Source: Macrostomum lignano (lineage: Eukaryota). Taken from it: DNA of 64,000 nt. The first letter of the stretch is position 1; every line of letters begins with the position of its first letter. A program made the position numbers and the translations under genes. Below, piece by piece: positions 12,204 through 23,433 of the stretch. Under the pieces are notes generated by a model that worked only from the letters and a program-made list of their open reading frames with translations, was not told where the DNA came from and did no database searches. The stretch covers positions 1 to 64,000 of the forward strand of contig NIVC01000455.1 in NCBI GenBank assembly GCA_002269645.1, read 5' to 3'.

Positions 12204-15200
12204 TTGGCTTGGGCTGACTGACTTCTAGGCTGGAAATTTAGGTGATTGCAGATATTCGTTAAATTTGAAAAACAAAACTGATAACCAAAACTAATATGAA
12301 AACTTGTTTTATTAAATTGTAGATTACTTATGTATTATATCTAGTGCTGCTAAATTCCCAATGGCTTTGTTATAATGACTAGTAAAAAAGCAAATTAACA
12401 GATAAATGTATTTGTTTTTAAACTTTAGTTCAAGATGCAATTTGATACACATTAAACCATTGTCTCTATTTCAAGTTTAAAATTTTTTAACTATAAACAC
12501 AAACATGTATCTAACACAATAGTTTTAAAAATGACTCAAATATGTGTCATGCTAATAAAATGATACATCTTAGATACAAGAAAACCAAGCCCAAAATGCT
12601 TTGGCAATAAGATTTTAAATTTTATGCCAACTTTACAAAAGGCTGTTTTTGGTGTAAACCTTATTAAAATATTCATATTGTAGATTATAGAAGAGCTTTC
12701 TAGCTATTTAATTAAACTAGGCCCCTATTGAACTATAGGTTTTATATTATATTGTATAAAATATAATAAGTTTAACAAATAATAAACTAATGATTATAAT
12801 AGGCCTATAAATTAACATAAGGGCTTATTATTGCTATAAATACAAAGAAATCTATTCATAATCATAGTTAAGATTATATAATAGGTCTTGACTCTTGGGT
12901 AGAATACATTTTTTAAATATTGAATATATAAAATTAGGCTAGGCCATAAATTTTATAATCTCTACCAATAAAAATTTTATGTTATAATTGAAATGCACTA
13001 TTTAATTTAGATACTAGGGCCTAGGGACTACTTTAGAGTTTAGTGACCATTCATACTTAAATCCTTAAATACTAAGCTAAGCTAACTAATAAAATCTTAT
13101 GTCAACCAAAGCTATAAATATTTCAAAAATTTGGATCCTGATCTTACTAAATAACCTCTAATCCCTAAATTCTAATATGATATCTACAATCCAATCCTCT
13201 ATATACTAGGCTAGGTCCCTATTCAAAACTTATAGATAGTAGATACTAGATAAGTATATGATCTCAATAGCAAACTACTTAGAACTTAGGGCCTATCCCA
13301 AAAGGCCAAAAATCCTTGGGTTGTAAATCCCATGAAGATCTTAACAAAATGTAATAATTTTGACCCTAATATTGGATAGGTCCACTTTACTTGGCCCATT
13401 GGCACAGGCCTCAATTCCAAAAAGTATCCTCTTCAACCTTGAGTTATTAGCAAGAGATTATTAGAATATCTACTTATAACTTGTATACTTGTATCCTCTA
13501 ATCCTAAACCAAAGCTAAGTGGTAACTAATAATAAAATCCTGTCAACCAAACCAAAGTCAAGACGATCCACTGTAAGTTATAAGTACAATAGATATTATT
13601 ATTAGCACCTTAGCCTTAGGATGCAAAGGCCCTAGTCCAGAATAAAAAAACAGCTGTCTTTCAGAAGGAGTAGGTCTTATAATACAGTCATTGAGGATAT
13701 AGACATGATTGATAGAGTTAATTATCTAGTCATTTAATGCTATACTATTTAACTATATTTCAATAACAATTAAAAAAGCAGCTTGCAAAATTATAAGACA
13801 AGCTATCTTCTGATTTTGCTTGCATCTGCTTCCGGAAAATCCAAATCGCGATAAAAACTTTCGCTAGGCCTAAGCTACGCTAAGTTGGTGGCGAAAAAGT
13901 TATTCATCGGTTCATGGGTGTGACTGGTCACTGGTGCATATGGATTGGATGGACCTAGCGAGCGAGCGATACAAAATAATCGTGTAAAAGCCGATTTTGA
14001 AAATTTGGACAACACAAAGAACGCGTGCTCAATGCTCAATGAAATTCTATGGTTACTGGTTCCGGTGTAACAAACAATCCTGATGCATGTGTTAGTTATA
14101 CAAACACATATAACAATAATTTATATTACATGAAGCACTTATATTTTTACGTTGCCTACTTATACGTTGCATGAATTACAATCGATGCATGCTCATGTAC
14201 AGTATACATGTACGCATTCGAATTTCATTCAAATTTCTTCCGAATTTTCAACACTGTATGCCATACCTCGATACTGGTACCAAAAAGCCTTGAATTGCTC
14301 ACTAAATTTACAACCAAGCCCACACTGCAAGTGCACATGGCTGCGCCGCATCGAAAATTTCGACTTGCATCCAGCTTTACTTTTACATTTACATTGTGGC
14401 GGTGCACAACCGGGATCGAGAGCTTGGGTGTGTTCGCACGTAGGCTTCAGCACGCCTGGCTGGTGGGGCGACTGCACCCAGCCAGCTTGATGTGCCTGGG
14501 GCAAATGACTCACGCTACTGTTTATGCGAAACTCCCTATGCATGTTTTTCCATTACAGAATAACGCTATAAGAACTTTTGTCTGACAAATAAACTCTGAT
14601 GATTTTAGGGAAAGCAAGTCTATGAACTTGTCTCTACAGCTGCCGTGTCTCCCAATTCCAGCTGAGCAGAACCGCCTGAGAGGTTGTTTGCGCGAGAACT
14701 GGCAGCAGGTGTTTGAGCGATCGACCCGCCTGCAGTAGGCCCTCGGGAGCGTAGCAACCCGTATGCAGAAGGAGGGTAATTGCTAAGCCATGCCAGCCCA
14801 GACATCAGCTCTCTCTCTCTGTCCCTGCGCTTCATCGCTCGTCTCAGTGGAAACTATGTATGCATGTAGCTCACGAATCTGCAGCAGAATGCGCGATTCC
14901 CCCCCCCCCATAAATGTTTCTGTCGATCCAGCGCCCGGCCAAAACCCCGCCTCGGCCTCCAATATTTGCGAAAGAAAGCCAGACTGAGCAACAGTCATGC
15001 CTGAGCGGCTGCTGCAGGCAGAGTGAAAAAAGCCAAAGAACAAAGCGGAGAAGAGAATTCTGGGGCGGAGCGGGTGAGCGGGGACACGGCTCGGAAGCTG
15101 GAACACCCGAAATTCTGATGGAGTTTCGTCTTTCGTCCTGGCGGGTGGCTGTTGCCCTCCCCCAATTTGCCCGAGATGTGGGATTTGGGATGCTGCAGGA

Positions 15201-15558
15201 CGGGATGAGTTGCAGCAGATGGAGTAGGAATGAGCTGGCCGGGAAGGATTTGGGAGCCTGGAATGATTGGGGGTGGGGAGCTCAATTCTGGCTACACGGT
15301 TTTTGCTGTTGTGTTTCTTTTGTCTCTGAGTCTCCTTGACAACGAGAAATATCCCCCCTCAATCGGTCGGCCTGCCTCGGCCGGCGGCCTGCTCAGCCGG
15401 GGAGCTTTTAAGCCGATTCCTCCACCTGACTCTCTCCTGGGCCGTCTCTAATTCTCGATAGCAGCTTTACGGAGAAGCAACTATCCAGCTGCTGCATAGA
15501 CGTTGGGCCAGCAAAACTCTACAAAGCTCGGACGATTTGACTTTCTAGAAAAACGAGA

Positions 15559-18500
15559 ATGTTGGCACAGGGCATCGTAACCAGCGCGGCCTTCTGTTTT
15601 CTGCTCATCTGTAAGTGACATCGGTGATTTTGTGTAGCCTCTAATAAGATTATAGCCAATAATTAGTGACTACTAGCACTTTTACGCTCGTAGAATACAC
15701 GTACTATGATTGCTCAGAAACAGAGTGAAAGTAATGAAACATGGCTGCTGTGGTATTCGGGCTTGAAAGATCCATTGAAATCGAACCCTAACTAGCTCGT
15801 ACATGTAAAGGGCTATGGAAATACGTACATTTGGCAATGATGTTGGACAGGAGCTTTCATTAAAGCAGGGTATCTTTTCTGGGAGCGGGGGGGGGTTGAT
15901 TTCATTTGACTTTAGCTACGCCACCGACATCTGCATAGCGCGCATCATTCATGCATGTGTAAAAATAACGAGTGTCGCAAACTACACATCTAAACTGAAA
16001 ACTGTGGATGCAATGGCAGGTGCTCAATAACTCTCCCAGCAACAGGTAAAATCTCCAGAACAGATGCTGAGGGCAAGCTCTCACCCAACATCACGTAGAT
16101 CGATAGCTACTGCTTGCACTGCATGCCGAGCAGGGGCAGATATATGGAGTAGACAAGCCAACTAAACAGACAAGTTCTCAGTTCTCAGCAAATCCCACAA
16201 TTCACACCTGTTGTCTCTACAAAACTGCTATTGTCTTCTCCTAGTAGAAGCAAGTGAGTTGCTTGCAGAAACAGTTGTGTGAAGATTTTACAATAGCCAC
16301 TTGAAAGATGCGAGTCCAATACACATTTGCATGGGAAAACTATGCAAGTGCACAGGTGGTTAAACTGAGTGCCTAGGTAGAGCTTGTCACTGGGTAGAGT
16401 GCCCCAGGGGCGGTGTGAGCTGCTCCTAAGAGTGGCCCAGGGGCGGTGTGAGCTGCTCCTGAGAGTGGCTAAGGGGCGGTATGAGCTGCTCCTGAGAGTG
16501 GCTCAGGGGAGGTGTGAGCAGTGAGCTGCTCCTAACAGTGGCCCAGGGGCGGTGTGAGCTGCTCCTGAGAGTGGCTAAAGGGCGGTATGAGCTGCTCCTA
16601 AGAGTGGCTCAGGGGCAGTAGGGGTCCAGCTTTTGAGTGCCTCAGGCGGCGCAAAGAACAGTTCATAGGAGTTATTTGGTTGGCTGATTGCCACAGAAAG
16701 TATTTTATACTTATTCCGTTCTTAGATGTTGTTGAGTGAGTTCATCTGGATTTGGATCATGCCTGCACCATTAGAATAGACCCTAGAAGCTTTAAGATTC
16801 AGCGACAAAAACTCCCAGACTCGAATTTCCCTTAATCGCTGGCAGGCATTTCGGCAGCTTCGAGTGCTCTTACTCCCAACGTAATGGACGCCTGCGGCGA
16901 CGCCAGCTGGAACTACTACCCGCTGTCCGGCAAATGCTACAAGCGGATCAGCAACGCCCTGGCGGTGAACCAGTCGGAGGCTAAAAGCGTCTGCAGTGCT
17001 GCCGCTGCTCGGCTCATTCAGCTGGACAGCCGAGCCGAGTCGCTGGACTTCTTTCGTTACTGCATCAAGACCGAGGCCACCGGGAGCAGCATCTGGACTG
17101 ACGCTGTCAACGATGGTGCGTAGAGAAAGTTACTTTTCTATGCCCTGGGGATAGAAAAGTTACTTTTTGCTTTTGGGTCTTAAGTATAAATTACTACAGA
17201 CTCCATGCATGATCTAAAACGTAGATGAGATTTGGATCTACCAAGACCATTCTTAGTAAAACTCCAGTTAAAGGAGTGGCTGCCTCAAGGATCCGTCGGG
17301 TCAAAAGAAGTTCCGAGCTGAGCACTTCATGGCCAAAGTCATGGCGACCGTTTTCTGGGATGCATAGGAAGGCATCTAAATCGACTTCCTAGAAGAGCTG
17401 CGCCTATCAATAGAGCCCATTACGAAGGTGTACTGCAGAAAATGCTCACAGAAATAGCCAGGCAGCGGCCTGGAAAACTGGAAAACGGCCTGAAAAATCC
17501 TTGTGATGCGCTGCGCAATAGCTGCGGCTGAGCTGTCGGTAAAACCGAAACCAAAAACTGTCATTTTTGCATGTCTACATTGTCACGCCAACTAAATCTA
17601 TTGTCAAAGACCAGCCAATGTAAACAAAAGCGGCTTTTCAAGCGCTAAGAACTTCTTCCAACACTATCGCAGGAGGCACCTGGCAATGGCAAACAAGCGG
17701 CCTGACTGTCAAGAACTCGTCCTGGGACCCTAGCGGCGGCGCTACGCAGAGCGGCAGCTGCGCGTTCTTCACCGTCACGTTCAGCGCGGATAACGCCGAG
17801 TGGAGCCAGAGTACCGGACTGCGGAAGGCCGACTGCGGGGCCCTGCTCGCTGTGTTCTGCGAGAAATCTGGTGAGACCAGTAGTGAGACCTAGTAGGCAC
17901 CTGGGAAGCAGGACAAAAGAATAGAAGAAACTCACAATGGGTCTACGCTAGTATGAGAATCGTCGATCGACGAATTTCTCGCTAAGAATTTTTCGCTTGT
18001 CCTAAATATCATATATTGTCCTAAATATCATCGTACTCGTAAGGGGTGATAGAGGGAGCGCTAGCTAACTGCAGTGAGGCACAGGCAAGAGGGGTCCCTG
18101 TGACTGCTGCTGTAAGCTGGCTGGAAAGAGCTTCTCAAGTGAATGAGTTTGCTGAGAGTCCGCTTTAGAAGATATCTGACGGCAAAGGCTACCACTTTAC
18201 CTAGGCCAGTACCGGTTTCTTAACATTAAGAGATCGCCTGCGAGCTACATACTACGAGTATCGAGTAGCGAGAAGTTAGTTGGAAGCGAATCTTTCGTGA
18301 GGCGGGTGAGTTCACGTCGCAGCAAGTTAAAGGCAAGGCGACGGGAAGAGTCACAACTCAACATCACTATTGGATGCAGATTTAGAGACTTAAAATGAAG
18401 GTCAGTCAGTTGGTCACCGCAAGAGGGATTCTTTTACATGCGTTCAAAGTTTAACGAGCAAATGACATGAAAAAAACATATTAGTGCGCCGTACACAATA

Positions 18501-20995
18501 CTCGTGATAAACGATCCGCTAGTAGGAGCGTATTGTCACTTAATAAATATTTTATAAACCCGATCAGCGGCCACGTGCAACCCCAGTACGTCACTGGCCT
18601 CCCAGTACAACAGCCTGACGATGCGCCTGGTCAACACGAGCTACGGCGTGGAGTTCTACCCTGACACCGCCAACTACGGCCAGCTGATTAATGTGCAGTG
18701 CCGGCCGGGCTTCTACCGGGCCAGCGACAGCCTCACGGCCAAGGTGTCCTATCCGGTCACGGCCGATGGCTTGAGAGCCAACCAGATCTACTGCTTCGCT
18801 GACGGATCTTTTGCCAGCAATGTCATCGAGGTGTGCAACCGTGAGTAGCATTTACATATGAGTTATTGTGCTACTGTGACTTCGTGTTGAGACCTAAAGA
18901 TTAATTACTTGTGTAGGTCGCAGGGTCATAGCCAGGATTTTTTATTTGGAAGGGGCGCATCGTTGGGGCGCCAGCACCAGCTTGCAAAAAGCGACAAACT
19001 CGTATCTCTTTGCGATCCCCTTGCACATATTTGGCTAGCGAAAAGAATGACAGTGCCGCTGTACACCCTGTGTGAATTTTTCCTTGCGTACGTGCTCGGG
19101 GGTCAGCGGAATGAGCGTGAACTCACAAATAGCTGGTTTGCCTTAAGCGTCAGCTAACCAAAACCGCCACCCCTGTAAAACCGCAGCCATTCGCTGCAAC
19201 GCCACCATGCTGAAGACGGACCTGAAGATTCCCCACGTGAAGCCGTACGAGTCCGTATTGACCTCGAACTTCTACAACTACACGGACAGCTTTACAGTGA
19301 ACTGCAGCAGAGGCTACGTGTCCTACACAAACCTGTCCAGCGTGCGCAGCAGCGTCGCCTGCGGCCAGAACTGGATAGACAAGACCATGGGCGAATGGCA
19401 GCCGCCGGACCTCAACACTTGCACCGGTGAGTGTCATCGAAAGCTCAGATATGCTACACCCCATTAAACTGGATTTGGCCAAACCAAGTGAAAGAAAGAC
19501 GGGAAGGTCATTGTCAGCTTTTAAATGTGCGAGTCATGATGCACTCAACTGCAATTCATTCCAGCCGTGAAGTGCGAGCCCATTATGAACGTGATCAACC
19601 CGAACTCAATCTCGTACAAAGCTTACAACCGCGAGGACTCGCGAGAGTACGGCGAATTCCAGCTGTCCAGCTTCCCCTACTATCCCAACCAGGTGAGCAT
19701 CAAGTGCAAGCAGGCCGGCTACTTCTTCGAGGACAGGCAGTTCGACAAGATAATCAAGTGCGACCTGAGCAACGGCAGCCTCATCAGCGGCCAGTGGATC
19801 GGCATCTACGGCACCGACCTCAACAATTTGAAGACCATCAACTGCAAGCGTAAGCTAGTGCATGATGCACACATCTGGATGAACAGGCCACGATTGATGG
19901 GCTATTATAGAGCTATGAAAACACAATGAAAACATAAAACACCCAGTTAAGCCAATAAATATTTTTATTGAGTAGCCTTTGCTCAAGTTGACGGAATTTC
20001 TTGAGCAAGTCCTATGTACATTTTTTGCTAGGGGGCAAGAGTTCCCAGTCACTGAATAAAGTAGTTCTGGCGAAAATGTTTGCCTTTAGTGCAAAAAGTA
20101 CTCAAATAAGCAAAATTCCATCCACGTCCTGCAGCCGTCAGCTGTCTGTCAGACACTCTGATGCCTCGCAGCACCGACGCCAGCACCCTGATCAAGACAA
20201 AGAGCTTTAAAAACAACGTCACCATCGAGTTTGGCAACGGCACTCGCGTAACTGTGGAAGCAGCTGCAGTCAACATCCCGGACGAGTACCCGTACGCTTC
20301 CGTGATAGCCTTCCAGTGCACCGAAACCTCCGACACGGGCGTTGGAGAGCCGATCGCCTACTGCAAAAGCGACGGCACGTGGAACATCACCCAACTGCCC
20401 AGCTGCATCCGTAAGGAGCTCATTTAGTTCCACTAGGACCTGTTAGTGGAACAACGCATTTAACGTTTTGTGCTACTCGCTCAATCACATTCAAGCAGCT
20501 AAATGTTACATGCACTCTATTACAACCCGGATGTCAACACCTACAACCCGGATGTCCCCACCTACAACCTGGATGTCCCCACTAACAACCCGGATGTCCC
20601 CACTAACCCGGATGTCCCCACCCACAACCGGATGTCCCCACCTACAACCCGGATGTCTCTACTAACAACCTGGATGTCCCTACTAACAACCTGGATGTCA
20701 AGACCTACAACCCGGATGTCCCCACCCACAACCCGAATGTCCCCAACTACAACCCGGATGTCCCCACCTATAACTCACAGAGAAAACGGCGAACTTGGAC
20801 CTGGCCGGCAGGAAGCACTATGTACCACCGGCCAAAGAGGCGGACAGCGCCCAGAGCATCGGCGCCGTGGTCATCATCATCCTAGTCATGTTCAGCGTTC
20901 TGGTCATCGTCCTGGATCTGTCGACCTTGTCGCGAGATATCAACCTGCTGAAGACCAACCTGAAACGGCTGAAGTCGCTGAAAAAGTTGAAGTAG
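15559..20995 (+). CDS. Type I membrane protein: signal peptide + C-type lectin domain + 4 sushi/CCP-like modules + TM (selectin/furrowed-like architecture), about 602 aa
   Basis: Exons 15559..15610, 16846..17115, 17673..17870, 18568..18840, 19187..19426, 19565..19849, 20135..20410, 20781..20995. All junctions are GT-AG phase 1 and the total of 1809 nt is in frame. CTLD: C..W..SGKCYK..C..IWT..WQW..C..C..FCEK. Four modules with 4 Cys each. TM IGAVVIIILVMFSVLVIVLDL with a basic tail. Confidence 0.88.
16400..16620. repeat. Intronic minisatellite, about 33-bp unit
   Basis: gggcggtgtgagctgctcctgagagtggct.ag, about 6 copies. Confidence 0.85.
17221..17482 (+). mobile_element. Degenerate mariner transposase fragment in an intron
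   Basis: Frameshifted translation VDEIWIY..LKEWLPQGS..KFRAE..AKVMATVFWDA*EGI*IDFLEE..IN..HY..VLQKM..IARQRPGKL, the mariner DD34D-region pattern, with stop codons. Confidence 0.8.
20520..20770. repeat. Intronic minisatellite, 21-bp unit
   Basis: acaacccggatgtccccacct. Confidence 0.9.
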
Positions 20996-21234
20996 ATTTT
21001 GAAGGAACTTGTTGAGGCTCGTCTGCACGCTGGATGATGAAGAACCAAACAGCTGATATCTGGGTCCAAGGCAAAGAAAGATTTCTGCTTCGTGTAATCA
21101 GCCTTACAAATTCAAACGTACTGTCAATTATAATGTTGTGTCTGAAGTCCTTGATGAACATTTATGGACAGGTATAGCTGTACTCAGCTGTGCTGCTGAA
21201 ACTAACAAGCTGGAGCATTGGAATACTCAATCAT

Positions 21235-22900
21235 GCAGGTCAACTGCCCCCACCCCCACGACTTACAGTTGAGTCAACTGCCCCCCACGACGCCCGGTGG
21301 GTCAACTGCCCCCTTAAACGACTCTCAGTGGGTCCACTGTTACTTACAACTCCTAGCTTGGGTCAAATACCCCACACAATTTCCAACGAGGGTCAACTGC
21401 CTCCCCCCCACAACTCCCAGTGGGTCAACTGTCCCCCCCCCACAAAACCCAGTGGGTCAACTGCCCATCCCTACAACTCCCAGTGGGTCAACTGCCCATC
21501 CCCACAACTCCCAGTGGGTCAACTGCCCCCCACAGCTCCCAGTGGGTCAACTGTGCCCACAACTCCCAGTGGGTCAACTGCCCCCCACAGCTCCCAGTGG
21601 GTCAACTGCCTCCACAACTCCCAGTGGGTCAACAGCCCCCACAACTCCCAGTGGGTCAACTGCCCCCCACAGCTCCCAGTGGGTCAACTGTGCCCACAAC
21701 TCCCAGTGGGTCAACTGCCCCCCACAGCTCCCAGTGGGTCAACTGCCTCCACAACTCCCAGTGGGTCAACTGCCTCCACAACTCCCAGTGGGTCAACAGC
21801 CCCCCCCCAACTACCAGTGGGTCAACAGCCCCCCCAACTACCAGTGGGTCAACAGCCCCCACAACACTCAGTGGGTCAACTGTGCCCACAACTCCCAGTG
21901 GGTCAACTGTGCCCACAACTCCCAGTGGGTCAACTGCCCCCCACAGCTACCAGTGGGTCAACTGCCTCCACAACTCCCAGTGGGTCAACTGCCCCCCCAC
22001 AACTCCCAGTGGGTCAACTGCCCCGACCCACAACACCCAGTGGGTCAACTGCCCCCCCCCCCACAACTCCCAGTGCGCCAACTGCCCATCCCCTCAACTC
22101 CCAGTGGGTCAACTGCCCCGACCCACAACACCCAGTGGGTCAACTGCCTCCACAACTCCCAGTGGGTCAACTGCCCCCCACAACTCCCAGTGCGCCAACT
22201 GCCCATCCCCTCAACTCCCAGTGGGTCAACTGCCCCGACCCACAACACCCAGTGGGTCAACTGCCTCCACAACTCCCAGTGGGTCAACTGCCCCCCACAA
22301 CTCCCAGTGGGTCAACTGCCCCCCACAACTCCCAGTGGGTCAACTGCCCCGACCCACAACACCCAGTGGGTCAACTGCCTCCAAAACTCCCAGTGGGTCA
22401 ACTGCCCCCCCACAACTCCCAGTGCGCCAACTGCCCATCCCCTCAACTCCCAGTGGGTCAACTGCCCCGACCCACAACACCCAGTGGGTCAACTGCCTCC
22501 ACAACTCCCAGTGGGTCAACTGCCCCCCACAACTCCCAGTGGGTCAACTGCCCCCCACAACTCCCAGTGGGTCAACTGCCCCCCACAACTCCCAGTGGGT
22601 CAACTGCCCCGACCCACAACTCCCAGTGGGTCAACTGCCCCGACCCAAAACTCATAGTGGGTCAACTGCCCCCCCCACAACTCCCAGTGCGCCAACTGCC
22701 CATCCCCACAACTCCCAGTGGGTCAACTGCCCCCCCCCCACAACTCCCAGTGCGCCAACTGCCCATCCCCACAACTCTCAGTGGGTCAACTGCCCCCCAA
22801 AACTCCCAGTGGGTCATCTGCCCCCAACTCCCCAGTGGGTCAACTGCCCCCCACAACTCCCAGTGGGTCATCTGCCCCCAACTCCCCAGTGGGTCAACAG
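21235..22900. repeat. Intergenic minisatellite, about 27-bp unit
   Basis: cacaactcccagtgggtcaactgcccc; lies between the convergent lectin and ULK3 genes. Confidence 0.95.
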
Positions 22901-23433
22901 CTCATTCTGACAGCCGGAACTCCATGATGACAGTTCGCAGTGAAATTGGCAGAGCAAAAGTTTTGAGCTGTAATTGTGTTTTAATCTCAGCAAATTCGTC
23001 TATTTCAAAAGTACAGTAATTCATTCAATGAATTCTATCAAGTTATTCAAATTTTCATTCGGTGTCATCAGAGTATAACAAATTTACCTATAACCAAACA
23101 TATATTCAACTATATAATCAACAAACTAAACGCATGCACAATGCAGTTTTCTGATTGGCTCTTTAAGTCGGAATATTTGAATAAGTGGGTCTGGATTATT
23201 AAATGTTCTGCTGCTAATACTTATAAAGTTTACAATGAAAAACTGTTTTCACAACAAACCGCGATGGCACCATCAAAACTGAATAATTAATAAGCAAATC
23301 CAGAATTGCAGATATGAATTTCTGAATAAAACAATACACTGTATGGAGCCGGGGCGCACAGATACTGCACATGAGGGGCGGCTTTGCATCTTTACACTGC
23401 AGGTACAGGTGGGAGTGTTGAGCGGACCGGCTG

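Noticed and set aside
13830-15500. Numerous 60-140-aa ORFs upstream of the lectin gene
   Set aside because: No family motifs and overlapping frames; probably promoter DNA or decayed repeats.
17950-18500. Coding-like stretch in lectin-gene intron 3
   Set aside because: Multiple stops and no identifiable domain; possibly old transposon debris.
21190-23019. Three overlapping Pro/Thr-rich ORFs of 480-609 aa resembling a mucin
   Set aside because: Open in all three frames because of the 27-bp repeat; no signal peptide or splice sites linking it to a gene.
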